Origin: an uncultured Anaeromyxobacteraceae bacterium | GTDB lineage: Bacteria; Myxococcota_A; UBA9042; DTJE01 | Length of the DNA: 64,000 nt | Assembly: GCA_964573455.1 (NCBI GenBank) | Contig: CAZNJW010000003.1 | Location: forward strand, 571-64,570 | Direction of reading: 5' to 3' | In this document: positions 35,431 to 44,332 of the stretch, piece after piece | Layout of the letters: the number at the start of each line of letters is the position of its first letter | Position numbering within the stretch: the stretch's first letter is position 1 | The notes under the pieces: model-generated | Told to the model about the DNA's origin: nothing | Database searches by the model: none | The model's input: the letters and a program-made list of their open reading frames with translations, nothing else | Made by a program: the position numbers and the translations under genes

Positions 35431-36626
35431 AGACCGCGACCGCCGACATCCTGCGCGAAATCAGAGACGGCTGGCTGGCGTCCGTGTCAGTCGACAGCCT
35501 CGTCCCGGGGCCATTCCTCGAATCCGGAGACGTGGCAAGACTCGAGGAATCGACCGGATGGAGCGGCGCACACCTCGCCGAGGCGGTGCGAAGAGCGTTC
35601 TCTCCGTTCTGCGACAAGGACCTGTCTGGCATGTGTGAGGCCGGCCCAGGGTCGAACGCCGGTCTGGAAATGCTCGCGATCCTCGCCGGACGCGTTCCGG
35701 CGCTCGCAGTCAAGGTCGCTTTCCACTGCGCGGCCGCCGGAGTCCGTGCCGCGATCAAGCCATCATCGCTGGAACCGATCTTCGCCGGGCTTCTGGCAAA
35801 ATCATTCAGTCGGGTCGGCGGGGACGATTTCGTGTCTCTCGTACCGCACGACCGATCGCAATCGACGGATTATGTCGGAAAAGCCCCCCTGTGCCTGGTA
35901 TACGGTTCGGACAGAACGGTATCGACGGTGATCGCCGCGCGGTCAGGAAAGCCAACGTTGACCGGACCTCACATGGAGTCGTTCGCGGTCGTGTTCGCGT
36001 CGGCGCTATCCACGTTCGAACAGGCCCGAAAGGTAGCGGAGGATATCGCCGTTGACACGGTCGTCTACGACCAGGACGGCTGCCTCTCTCCGGTTGCCGC
36101 GCTTGTCCAGGAAGGCGGCGCGGTCACGGTCGTCAGGTTCGCCGAGATGATCCTCGACGCGATGCTCGCCACGAACCTGAAGCCTGGAAGGCTCGAAATC
36201 GACGACCTGGCCGCTCTTCGGATGTTCGAACGCGAGGCGGCGCTTTCCGGCAATATCGATTCCGTCATCCGTTCGAGCGTCGGGATTCCACCGCTGGTCG
36301 TCCTGTCCGACCACGTCAGACGCGGACCCGGGATGCGCACTCTGCAGATAGCGCCCTTCGCTCAAGGGGTCGACTCCATCCCGGATCTGACCGCAATCGT
36401 CGGGCACATCGAGGGCAGGGTCCAGGGCCTGGCCGCTGCTGGCCGCCCGGATCAAATCGATGCCATGTTGAAGGCTTTCCCGCGATTCAGCCCGAACTAC
36501 CTGTGCGAGCCGGGCCGCATGCAGGACCCGCCCGCCCTGTGGAACGAAAACGGATACGTTCTTTACCGGGAACTGATGAGTCCGATCAACGCGACGGTGA
36601 AAGGGCCGATGCCACGGCCGTCTTGA
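35427..36626 (+). CDS. LuxC-family acyl-CoA/acyl-protein reductase (aldehyde-forming)
   Basis: The C-terminal 399 aa of track ORF 35193..36626. Catalytic-Cys motif VVYDQDGCLSPV, comparable with the LuxC QxACSSP motif. ATGA overlap with the luxE-like stop. ATG 35415 is an alternative start. Confidence 0.72.
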   Translation: MKTATADILREIRDGWLASVSVDSLVPGPFLESGDVARLEESTGWSGAHLAEAVRRAFSPFCDKDLSGMCEAGPGSNAGLEMLAILAGRVPALAVKVAFHCAAAGVRAAIKPSSLEPIFAGLLAKSFSRVGGDDFVSLVPHDRSQSTDYVGKAPLCLVYGSDRTVSTVIAARSGKPTLTGPHMESFAVVFASALSTFEQARKVAEDIAVDTVVYDQDGCLSPVAALVQEGGAVTVVRFAEMILDAMLATNLKPGRLEIDDLAALRMFEREAALSGNIDSVIRSSVGIPPLVVLSDHVRRGPGMRTLQIAPFAQGVDSIPDLTAIVGHIEGRVQGLAAAGRPDQIDAMLKAFPRFSPNYLCEPGRMQDPPALWNENGYVLYRELMSPINATVKGPMPRPS

Positions 36627-36659
36627 AGCCCCGCGGGCGGGAACGCTGCGACGGGAACC

Positions 36660-39047
36660 TCACATGCCCAGACCGGCGGTCTCCGCTTCCTCGGGGGGCG
36701 CCACGGGCGTGGGCTCGGGCACGTCTGACTCCGTGCTGTCGTCCGTGATGGGGGTCGCCATCACCAGGCTGAAGTAGTCGCTTTCCCAGTGAACCGTCTC
36801 GACCTTCCACGAACGGATGTTCTCAAAACCGCTGACGCCCTGTTCACGCAGTGCCTTCGTCTCCTTGTCGAGGGACGACTTCAGGCTGGAGGCCCGGTTC
36901 GGCTGTGTCAGCGCGAAGAAACGGTATCCGTGGTTCAGGTCTTCAAGATACGGCTTCAACTGGGTCGCCTTCATCAGCGGCTTGATCTCGCTGTGCGTGA
37001 AATAGGTCTCACCGCGCCACGTAATCAGCCACGCCACCACGTCTTCCCGGCAGACCCGCTTCGTGTTGTATCCAAGCGAATCGGGAATGAAGCCGAGGCC
37101 GGCCTTCTTAAGCAGCGGAGTGTAGGTGTCCTCGACTTCCGGAGCGTTCGGAAGCAACTCGCAACGCTGGAAGTAGTCCTCGAAAATGTACTTCTGGGAC
37201 CAGGACGGCGACAGCAGTGGCATGTAGAAATTCAGCCCCCACCATGCCAGGACAAGCGAGATGCCCCACAGGGCGGCCAGCCCGCCCTTTCGGAACCGGC
37301 CCGCGAAGATCATCACCACGAAACACACCGAAGCAACCACCAGCCAGGCGGCCAGGAATGTCCTGTACTGTAGCGGCGGGGCCTGAATTATCTTCTGCAG
37401 CGTCGGGCTGGTGTGTCGGTAGAAGGTCGAGTCCTTCCACTTCAGGTCGGTTCCCTCGTTGACGGTCGCATCGGGGTCGTTCGGCAGATGCGTCGGCAGA
37501 GGCCTGTCGTACTTGTATGTGAACATCTGCCTGAATACCTGCATGTCGGAACGGATGAAGAGGCCGACCGACAGCATTATCGCCAGACCGGCAATCGCCG
37601 CGAATCGCGCGATCCAGGAACGATCTTCAAGGAAGTCCTTCACCACCAGCGCCGTGACAAAGATGGTCGGGAACACGGCCGGAAAGATGTAATGGTGATA
37701 TTTGGTCGCCGACAACGTGAACAGTATGTACGAGAAGAATGCCCATACATACAGCATCAGTCTCATCCGCGAACCGGGCGACGCATCCTTCAGACGCAGT
37801 TTCGAGAGACCGAACAGGACCAGCGGGATGAAGGCGATCCATGGGAAGGTGCCGATCGAGAGCCAGCGCATGAAGTGTTCAAACGTGCCGGTGTCGATCT
37901 GGTGGACGCCTGCTCCGAGCCGGTTGAAATGGTCGTGAACCAGGAACCTGTTGTAGAAGCCCATTCCGTGCCGGCAGAACATCCCGACGTACCACGGCAG
38001 CATGACGAGCGCGAAGAAAGACAGGCCACGGCCGAGGTCGAGCCTCTTGAGCAGACGCCATTCACCCGACAGCAGAAGATAGAGAACCACGATGGCGCCG
38101 GGCAGGCAGAAGCCGAGCAGTCCCTTGCCCAGCGTCGCGTACCCGAAGAACATGTACGCGGTCCACAACATGAAACGCCGGATCCAGCGATCCCTGCCCT
38201 CCGGGGTCAGCAGTGTTCCAGCCCGGTACTGGCGGTAGAGCGGAACGAATACCGCGGCCAGAAGCGCGACCGTGGCGAGACCGTACAGGATCGCGTGCAG
38301 CCAGCCGCTCTTCTGGAACAGGAAACCCACGCGTGCGATGCCGCTGAACCTGGCGACGTTCCCCTCTGGGAACAGGTCCAGAGCGACGTTTACGATCTGG
38401 GGCACCGCGGTGGTCAGGAACAGGGCCAGCACCGCTGCCAGCCGGACGAACAATCCACGATTCGACGACTCCAGCCTGGGGGCGTACATCGCCGCGCACA
38501 GGAAGAGCATCCCGACGGTCATCGTGCCCGCATAGGGCAGATCGGACAGGAAGAAGAACATCGGCGCCGTCAGGAGCATGCCGGCGGCCATCAGACCTGT
38601 TTTCCGGTTGAAGATCAGCGACATGCTGACATACGAGACAAGGACGACGATGGCACCGAGGAAGGCCAGGAATATGCGGATCGCCCAGTCTCCGAAGCCG
38701 ACCAGGTGCATACCGATGATGTCGCCGTACATGATCAGGACGGGCTTGGAGAAGAACCACTCGCCGGTCGGGGATTCCCCGCCGATCTTGTCCTTGTAGC
38801 CCCACCACGGCGACAGCGTGTCGTGGTTCTCGAACATGTATCTGGCGGTCTCGCCGTAGTGCGTCTCCCAGCAGTCCCAGAGGCCGAATGATCCGGCCCC
38901 GATAAAGAACAGCAGCGAGGCGACCATGAACACCATCAGACGCACCAGCCATTCATGTCTCTGGCGGCCGCGAACGACGATATCGTCAAAATCGGTGGCG
39001 AGGATCGGGGAAACCGTCCCGACCGGTCTTTCTTCTGTGTTATCCAA
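36660..39047 (-). CDS. GT-C fold glycosyltransferase of the ArnT/PMT (GT83/GT39) type, about 795 aa, with a soluble C-terminal domain
   Basis: First-loop motif GLWDCWETHYGETARYMFENHD, comparable with the DE..YAE..REM motif of ArnT/PMT. More than 12 TM helices. I prefer TTG 39047 (GAGG 6 nt upstream) because ATG 39158 would overlap the upstream gene by 40 nt across an AT-rich stretch. The start is uncertain. Confidence 0.78.
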   Translation of the reverse strand: MDNTEERPVGTVSPILATDFDDIVVRGRQRHEWLVRLMVFMVASLLFFIGAGSFGLWDCWETHYGETARYMFENHDTLSPWWGYKDKIGGESPTGEWFFSKPVLIMYGDIIGMHLVGFGDWAIRIFLAFLGAIVVLVSYVSMSLIFNRKTGLMAAGMLLTAPMFFFLSDLPYAGTMTVGMLFLCAAMYAPRLESSNRGLFVRLAAVLALFLTTAVPQIVNVALDLFPEGNVARFSGIARVGFLFQKSGWLHAILYGLATVALLAAVFVPLYRQYRAGTLLTPEGRDRWIRRFMLWTAYMFFGYATLGKGLLGFCLPGAIVVLYLLLSGEWRLLKRLDLGRGLSFFALVMLPWYVGMFCRHGMGFYNRFLVHDHFNRLGAGVHQIDTGTFEHFMRWLSIGTFPWIAFIPLVLFGLSKLRLKDASPGSRMRLMLYVWAFFSYILFTLSATKYHHYIFPAVFPTIFVTALVVKDFLEDRSWIARFAAIAGLAIMLSVGLFIRSDMQVFRQMFTYKYDRPLPTHLPNDPDATVNEGTDLKWKDSTFYRHTSPTLQKIIQAPPLQYRTFLAAWLVVASVCFVVMIFAGRFRKGGLAALWGISLVLAWWGLNFYMPLLSPSWSQKYIFEDYFQRCELLPNAPEVEDTYTPLLKKAGLGFIPDSLGYNTKRVCREDVVAWLITWRGETYFTHSEIKPLMKATQLKPYLEDLNHGYRFFALTQPNRASSLKSSLDKETKALREQGVSGFENIRSWKVETVHWESDYFSLVMATPITDDSTESDVPEPTPVAPPEEAETAGLGM

Positions 39048-39118
39048 CGTGGACCTCAAAGACACAAATCGCGCGAATTTTAACGGGTTGAGCAGAATTT
39101 GCAAGGAAGGCCGGAGTA

Positions 39119-39577
39119 TCAGGAACGCGCGACACCGACAAGCCACCATACCAGCCACGCTGCCGCGAACAGGTATGGGATGAACCCGAGACCGCGCGTC
39201 CGTGTCCAGAAATCGGACAGCCTTTCAACGCGGCCGGCACCGGAAACAAGGGTAAGCAGCAGCCTGACAGGCAGGGCGAGGACGGCCGCGATCGCCAGTG
39301 TGGCCACGAACGGATGGATGTTGAAGGCTGTGGCGGGATCCAGTCTGGCCAGGGCCTGAAGAGTATGCACCGTGCCGCATCCGGGACAGGGATGTCCGGT
39401 CAGCAGCCTGAACGGACAGATCACCGGAAACGACGAAAATGAGCTTTCAGGGATGATGTATACAATGACGGCGAACGCGAGGCCGGAAAGGAAGAACCAC
39501 CACCGGGAAAAAAGCCGCGCGAGCTGAACGATGGCGCGCCGACCACATGCGTCGAGCCGGGAAGGAAACACGGACAT
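39119..39577 (-). CDS. DUF2752-family membrane protein
   Basis: Hallmark CPFRLLTGHPCPGCGTVHT motif plus flanking TM helices. Confidence 0.75.
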   Translation of the reverse strand: MSVFPSRLDACGRRAIVQLARLFSRWWFFLSGLAFAVIVYIIPESSFSSFPVICPFRLLTGHPCPGCGTVHTLQALARLDPATAFNIHPFVATLAIAAVLALPVRLLLTLVSGAGRVERLSDFWTRTRGLGFIPYLFAAAWLVWWLVGVARS

Positions 39578-39587
39578 CGGTTGCGGC

Positions 39588-39956
39588 CTAGCGCCGAAGG
39601 GGAAGACCGTTGCTGTCCTTGATCTGGCCGACCGCGATCAGGATGAAGTCAACGAGCCACCAGATGCCGCAGCCACCACCGGTCAGAAGTTTGACGATAC
39701 CCAGACCGATGTGGCCCAGGTAGAACCGGTCGACCCCGAAATAACCGAGGAAGAGCGACAGAAGCAGTGCCACCAGCCATTCCTTGGTCGAGAACAGCGC
39801 GGGGATGGAGGAGAGCTTGAACCACGCGCCATCAGGTTTGCGGACCATCGTCTCGGAGTTGACCTCGCCGCGCATCAGCATGCTGGAAAGGTCCTGCATC
39901 GTGTAGGGTCCCATCTCGACACCGCGGATCATCGCAAAGTAGCTTTCCATTTCCAT
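39588..39956 (-). CDS. GYF_2 (DUF4339)-TM2 domain protein
   Basis: N-terminal GPYTMQDLSSMLMRGEVNSETMVRKPDGAWFKL (GYF-like), then the TM2 motif FLGYFGVDRFYLGHIGLGIVKLLTGGGCGIWWLVDFI. Confidence 0.8.
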   Translation of the reverse strand: MEMESYFAMIRGVEMGPYTMQDLSSMLMRGEVNSETMVRKPDGAWFKLSSIPALFSTKEWLVALLLSLFLGYFGVDRFYLGHIGLGIVKLLTGGGCGIWWLVDFILIAVGQIKDSNGLPLRR

Positions 39957-40273
39957 TGGAGTGACTCCTGTTCAAACAAGCCGCCGCAACACATCCCGGG
40001 GTCAAGACCATTCGGGAACGGTAACGATAATCCGGGATTGACTGAGTGATTCTAGCCCAATACATGGCGCACTGGAAGAAGTGTTAAGAAATTTTTAATG
40101 ATGTTAAACACCGGTAAAAGTTCCATTCCCGCGGGGGCGCGCCCCTTGACTCCACAACGGCCAGTGTCCAGACTTCAACCCGTCGCGCCGGGAATTGGTG
40201 CGCCCGTGATGCCCCAGACGGGTTTACCGGTGGAACAGACCGGATTGATGAAAGGATTGCTTGGAGGCCTCCA

Positions 40274-41263
40274 ATGGAACAGGACGTTCGGGTTCTCACA
40301 GAGATGGTTCGAAAGGAGAGCGAATTCGTTGATCGACTGACCTCCGAGGTCGGACGCGTGATTGTCGGTCAGAAGGACCTGGTGGATCGCATACTGATCG
40401 CCCTGCTTTGCCGCGGTCACGTTCTGATCGAGGGCGTGCCGGGCCTGGCCAAGACTCTGACCGTCAAGACGATCGCCCAGACACTCGATTCGTCCTTTGC
40501 AAGGGTTCAGTTCACGCCCGACCTTCTGCCAGCCGACCTGACCGGAACGCAGATTTACAACCAGTCGGCGCAGACGTTCTCGGTCCGCAAGGGCCCCATC
40601 TTCGCCGGGATCGTGCTGGCCGACGAGATCAACCGCGCCCCGGCCAAAGTCCAGAGCGCCCTGCTGGAAGCGATGCAGGAACGCCAGGTGACGATCGGCG
40701 ACAAGACCTTCCCGCTGCCCGAGCCTTTCCTGGTGCTTGCCACGCAGAATCCGATCGAGCAGGAGGGAACCTACCCGCTGCCCGAGGCTCAGATAGATCG
40801 ATTCATGCTGATGGTGAAGGTGACCTACCCGACCAGGGACGAGGAACTCCAGATCATGGATCGCATGGCCCTTTCGACACCGGCCAGTGTCGGCAAGGTT
40901 CTCGGGGCCGACGAATTGAACAGGGCACGCTCGATGATGTCCGAAATCTACATGGATCAGAAGGTCAAGCAGTACATCGTCGACATCGTGTTCGCCACCC
41001 GCGACCCGGAGGCGGCGGGCGTCAAGGATTTGGCGGGCTACGTCAAATACGGCGCATCCCCGCGCGCGACCATCGCCCTGTCGGAAGCGGCAAGGGCCCA
41101 CGCCTTCCTGCGCCACCGCGGTTATGTGATCCCCGAGGACGTGAAGTCGGTAGGTCTCGACGTGCTGCGGCACAGGGTAATCCTGTCCTACGAGGCCGAG
41201 GCGGAGAACCTGTCCGCCACGGACGTTCTGAACCGGATCTTCGATTCGGTCCAGGTGCCGTAG
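40274..41263 (+). CDS. moxR: MoxR-family AAA+ ATPase
   Basis: GHVLIEGVPGLAKT (Walker A), ILADEINRAPAKVQSALLEAMQE (Walker B/sensor), LATQNPIEQEGTYPLPEAQIDRF. GGAGG RBS. Confidence 0.92.
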   Translation: MEQDVRVLTEMVRKESEFVDRLTSEVGRVIVGQKDLVDRILIALLCRGHVLIEGVPGLAKTLTVKTIAQTLDSSFARVQFTPDLLPADLTGTQIYNQSAQTFSVRKGPIFAGIVLADEINRAPAKVQSALLEAMQERQVTIGDKTFPLPEPFLVLATQNPIEQEGTYPLPEAQIDRFMLMVKVTYPTRDEELQIMDRMALSTPASVGKVLGADELNRARSMMSEIYMDQKVKQYIVDIVFATRDPEAAGVKDLAGYVKYGASPRATIALSEAARAHAFLRHRGYVIPEDVKSVGLDVLRHRVILSYEAEAENLSATDVLNRIFDSVQVP

Positions 41264-41281
41264 TCCACACGGGGCGGTGAA

Positions 41282-42208
41282 ATGAAGACGGAAAAAGACC
41301 TGCGAACACTGTTATCCAGAGTCCGCCGGATCGAGATCACGGCTCAGAGACTGGTCAACGAACAGTTGTCCGGGCGATACCACTCGGTATTCAAGGGCCG
41401 TGGCATGAGCTTCGACGAGGTGCGCCCGTACACGCCCGGCGACGAAGTCAGGATGATCGACTGGAACGTCACCGCCAGGACCGGCGAACCGTATGTGAAG
41501 CGCTTCGTCGAGGAACGTGAACTGACCATCATGATCCTTGCCGACGCATCCCTCTCGATGGACTTCGGCCTGTCGAGCTTCCCGTTCATGGAGAGGCACG
41601 GCAGTGTCGCGGTGGCTGATACGAAGCGTGAGCTGGCCGCACAGATCGCGGCCGCGATCGCGCTTTCGGCCCAGATGAACAACGACAGGGTCGGCCTCAT
41701 CACTTTCGGCGACGAGGTGACCAGGTTCATCCCGCCGCGCAAGGGGCGCAGACACGCGCTTCACGTCATCAGGGAAGTCCTGACGATGGAGGCGGCAGGC
41801 AGCACCACCGATCTGGGTGGCGCGCTCGATTACCTGGGTCGGGTCCTGAAGAAGAGAACGGCCGTGTTCATTCTGTCGGACTTCGAGGTGCCCTCGTTCG
41901 AGTCCCAGTTGAGGGTCGCCGCCAGGCGCCACGACGTGCACGGCATGGTTGTTCGCGACCACTTCGAGGACAACCTGTTCGAAGGCGGCATCGTGACCAT
42001 CAGGGATCAGGAGACGGGGGCGCTCGTCCCGGTCAGCACCGATCGCTCCTTCCTGGAACGTTACCGCGGCGAGGTCGCAAGACACCTCGACGAGGTCGAG
42101 ATGGTGTTCAGGCGTCAGAGATTGCCGCTCTCACGGTTCTCCACTTCCGAGCCCTGGGATCGGACGCTTTCCGCTCATTTCGCGCGCCTGAAGGGGAAGG
42201 CACTGTGA
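41282..42208 (+). CDS. DUF58 protein (MoxR-associated, VWA-like fold)
   Basis: GRYHSVFKGRGMSFDEVRPYTPGDEVRMIDWNVTAR is the canonical DUF58 motif. Positioned after moxR. Confidence 0.85.
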   Translation: MKTEKDLRTLLSRVRRIEITAQRLVNEQLSGRYHSVFKGRGMSFDEVRPYTPGDEVRMIDWNVTARTGEPYVKRFVEERELTIMILADASLSMDFGLSSFPFMERHGSVAVADTKRELAAQIAAAIALSAQMNNDRVGLITFGDEVTRFIPPRKGRRHALHVIREVLTMEAAGSTTDLGGALDYLGRVLKKRTAVFILSDFEVPSFESQLRVAARRHDVHGMVVRDHFEDNLFEGGIVTIRDQETGALVPVSTDRSFLERYRGEVARHLDEVEMVFRRQRLPLSRFSTSEPWDRTLSAHFARLKGKAL

Positions 42209-43221
42209 GGCAGGTATTGTCCATGAACAGACTGTTGACAGCCGCACTGGTCCTGACAATGACGCTTCCGGCCCTTGCCCTGGCCGACCCGACGGAAGGC
42301 GTGACCGTGACCGTCGACCAGGTCGGGCCGGTCAATGTCGGTAGTTCTTTCGTGATCACATACCGGTTCGGATACCCGGAGGGCACGAAGCTCTATTTCC
42401 CGGATCAGCCCTCGACCGGGACCCTGGAGAGAATCAAGGTCGAATCGACCATGCCAAGGATCCTGGGCACCGGAACCGCCGAGACCCATTCGCTGACCTT
42501 GATGGCGGTCAGGCTCGGAAAGACCGGGATCGCCCCGCTTGACGTCCCCGTGGTCGGCCCGGATGGAGACACCGGCGTGTTCAAGACCCCCGGAGTCGAG
42601 ATCACGGTCGTGTCCACGCTCGGTAACGAGAACGATCCTCAGCCCGCGCAGTTCGGCGAACCGGTCAACCTGGTGGTTCGAAACGACTTGCTGCTGTGGA
42701 TCGTCGGGGCGCTGCTGGTGGCCGCGATCGCGGCGGCTGCGGGCATCTTCGCGTACAGGCGTTATCGCGCCTGGGTTCTTGCGCACACACCACCGCCGCC
42801 GCCCGAGCCGCCGGAGGTCACGGCTTACAGACGACTGTCCGAGATCGAGTCCATGGGTCTGATCGAGTCACTCCGCTTCAAGGAGCTTGCGCTGCTGGTG
42901 TCCGAGGTGGTCAGGGAATTCCTGGGCGCCCGGCTCGGTTTCCCAGGCACGGACTCGACAACCTGGGAGACGCTCGACTTCGTGAGACAGGTCGCGGGTG
43001 AAGGCGGGGCCGGAACCCTGAAGATCGAGGAGCTGGAGGACTTCCTGAGCCTGTGCGATCTGATCAAGTTCGCGAAGTTCCAGCCATCCGCGCAGGACGG
43101 CGCCTCGTTGCTTCAAAGAGGACGCGGCATCGTTTCGAGCGCGATGACGGGCGTCGTGACGGACACGCCGGTGAACGAACCGGCAGTCCCGGCCGCCACG
43201 GGAGGCGATGATGAGATTTGA
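42205..43221 (+). CDS. Bat-cluster membrane protein: signal peptide, BatD-N-like Ig-type domain, one TM helix, DUF4381-like cytoplasmic tail
   Basis: The tail EVTAYRRLSEIESMG...VREFLGARLGFPG...T.E.L...DLIKFAKFQP resembles DUF4381/BatD C-termini. The GTG start overlaps the DUF58 stop. ATG 42223 is an alternative start. Confidence 0.6.
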   Translation: MRQVLSMNRLLTAALVLTMTLPALALADPTEGVTVTVDQVGPVNVGSSFVITYRFGYPEGTKLYFPDQPSTGTLERIKVESTMPRILGTGTAETHSLTLMAVRLGKTGIAPLDVPVVGPDGDTGVFKTPGVEITVVSTLGNENDPQPAQFGEPVNLVVRNDLLLWIVGALLVAAIAAAAGIFAYRRYRAWVLAHTPPPPPEPPEVTAYRRLSEIESMGLIESLRFKELALLVSEVVREFLGARLGFPGTDSTTWETLDFVRQVAGEGGAGTLKIEELEDFLSLCDLIKFAKFQPSAQDGASLLQRGRGIVSSAMTGVVTDTPVNEPAVPAATGGDDEI

Positions 43222-44317
43222 TTCGCCGCTGATGCTGTTACTGCTGATTCCGCTTGCCGCGGTGGTCGCTTTCGGCCTGTTTCGTCTGTTCAGGCGTCCG
43301 GCCCACCTGAGATTCCCCACGGTCGTCCACGCCAATGTCGCCGGGCGCGGACTCAGGGCGAGGCTTGCGATGCTTCCCCAGATAATGATCGCCGTCGGAC
43401 TGACGTTCGCGATCCTGGCGCTCGCGCGGCCTCAGGTCAGGGATCCCGAGAATCTTCGGGGCGAGGGTGTCGACTTCGTCATCGCGCTCGACATGTCGTC
43501 GTCGATGAACGCGGTCGACGTTTCGATGGATCGGATCAAGGCGCTGCAGGCGATCGGCCGGGAACCCCCAAACAGGTTCGAGACCGCGCGCAAGGTCCTG
43601 AAGGACTTCATCGCGTCGCGTGAGTTCGACCGTGTCGGCCTGATAATCTTCTCGACCCACGCCTGGGTGAAGTTTCCGTTGACCCTCGACCGCAACGCGG
43701 TCGCTGGAATCCTCGACGGTCTCATCCTGGACAACGGGCTGCGCAACGAAGCCGGGCAGTGCACGAACGGATGCACCATCATGGGGGACTCGACCGCCAT
43801 CGGCGACGCTCTTGCCCGCTCGTTCAAACGACTTGAGGAATCCGACACCGCCAGCAGGAACATCATCCTGATCACGGATGGTGACAACAACGCGGGATCC
43901 GCGACGCCATCCAGCATCGCCGAGTTCATCGCGAAGGAATCCGCGGAACGGCCTGTCAAGGTGTTCTCGTTCCTTATCGGCGACAACGAGGACACCTACT
44001 GGCCCGCGATCAACCCGATGACCGGACGCCAGATGGTCGGCCCGGACGGACTGAGACTTTACCAGCCCACCGGCCGGGAGGTCTCGGTCAACCCCGACCT
44101 TCTTCAGGAAATCGCCGATCTGACCGGCGGAAAGCTCTACGTGGCCCCGTCGGCGAAGGACTTCATCAAGGACTTCGGGGAAATGGAGAAGACCGAATTC
44201 TCGGCTCCGGCGATAAGCAACTTCAAGGAGGCTTTCGCCTGGCCGCTCGGACTCGCGATCTTTTTCTGCCTGACCGGCGCGCTGCTCTCGGTGACGGTCC
44301 TGCGCCGCTGGCCATAG
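43208..44317 (+). CDS. batA: BatA-like membrane-anchored von Willebrand factor A (VWA) protein
   Basis: N-terminal FDSPLMLLLLIPLAAVV...ARPQ, MIDAS motif DFVIALDMSSSM, C-terminal TM helix. Confidence 0.8.
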   Translation: MMRFDSPLMLLLLIPLAAVVAFGLFRLFRRPAHLRFPTVVHANVAGRGLRARLAMLPQIMIAVGLTFAILALARPQVRDPENLRGEGVDFVIALDMSSSMNAVDVSMDRIKALQAIGREPPNRFETARKVLKDFIASREFDRVGLIIFSTHAWVKFPLTLDRNAVAGILDGLILDNGLRNEAGQCTNGCTIMGDSTAIGDALARSFKRLEESDTASRNIILITDGDNNAGSATPSSIAEFIAKESAERPVKVFSFLIGDNEDTYWPAINPMTGRQMVGPDGLRLYQPTGREVSVNPDLLQEIADLTGGKLYVAPSAKDFIKDFGEMEKTEFSAPAISNFKEAFAWPLGLAIFFCLTGALLSVTVLRRWP

Positions 44318-44332
44318 CCACAGGAGAGAAAG

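Noticed and set aside
39048-39158. ATG 39158 start of the GT-C transferase ORF
   Set aside because: It would overlap the DUF2752 gene by 40 nt and translate an AT-rich, promoter-like stretch. TTG 39047 with a GAGG RBS fits better. This is a judgement call, not certain.
40098-40340. 80-aa ORF in the moxR upstream region
   Set aside because: It has no RBS, overlaps the moxR start, and its translation is P/G/L-rich without features.
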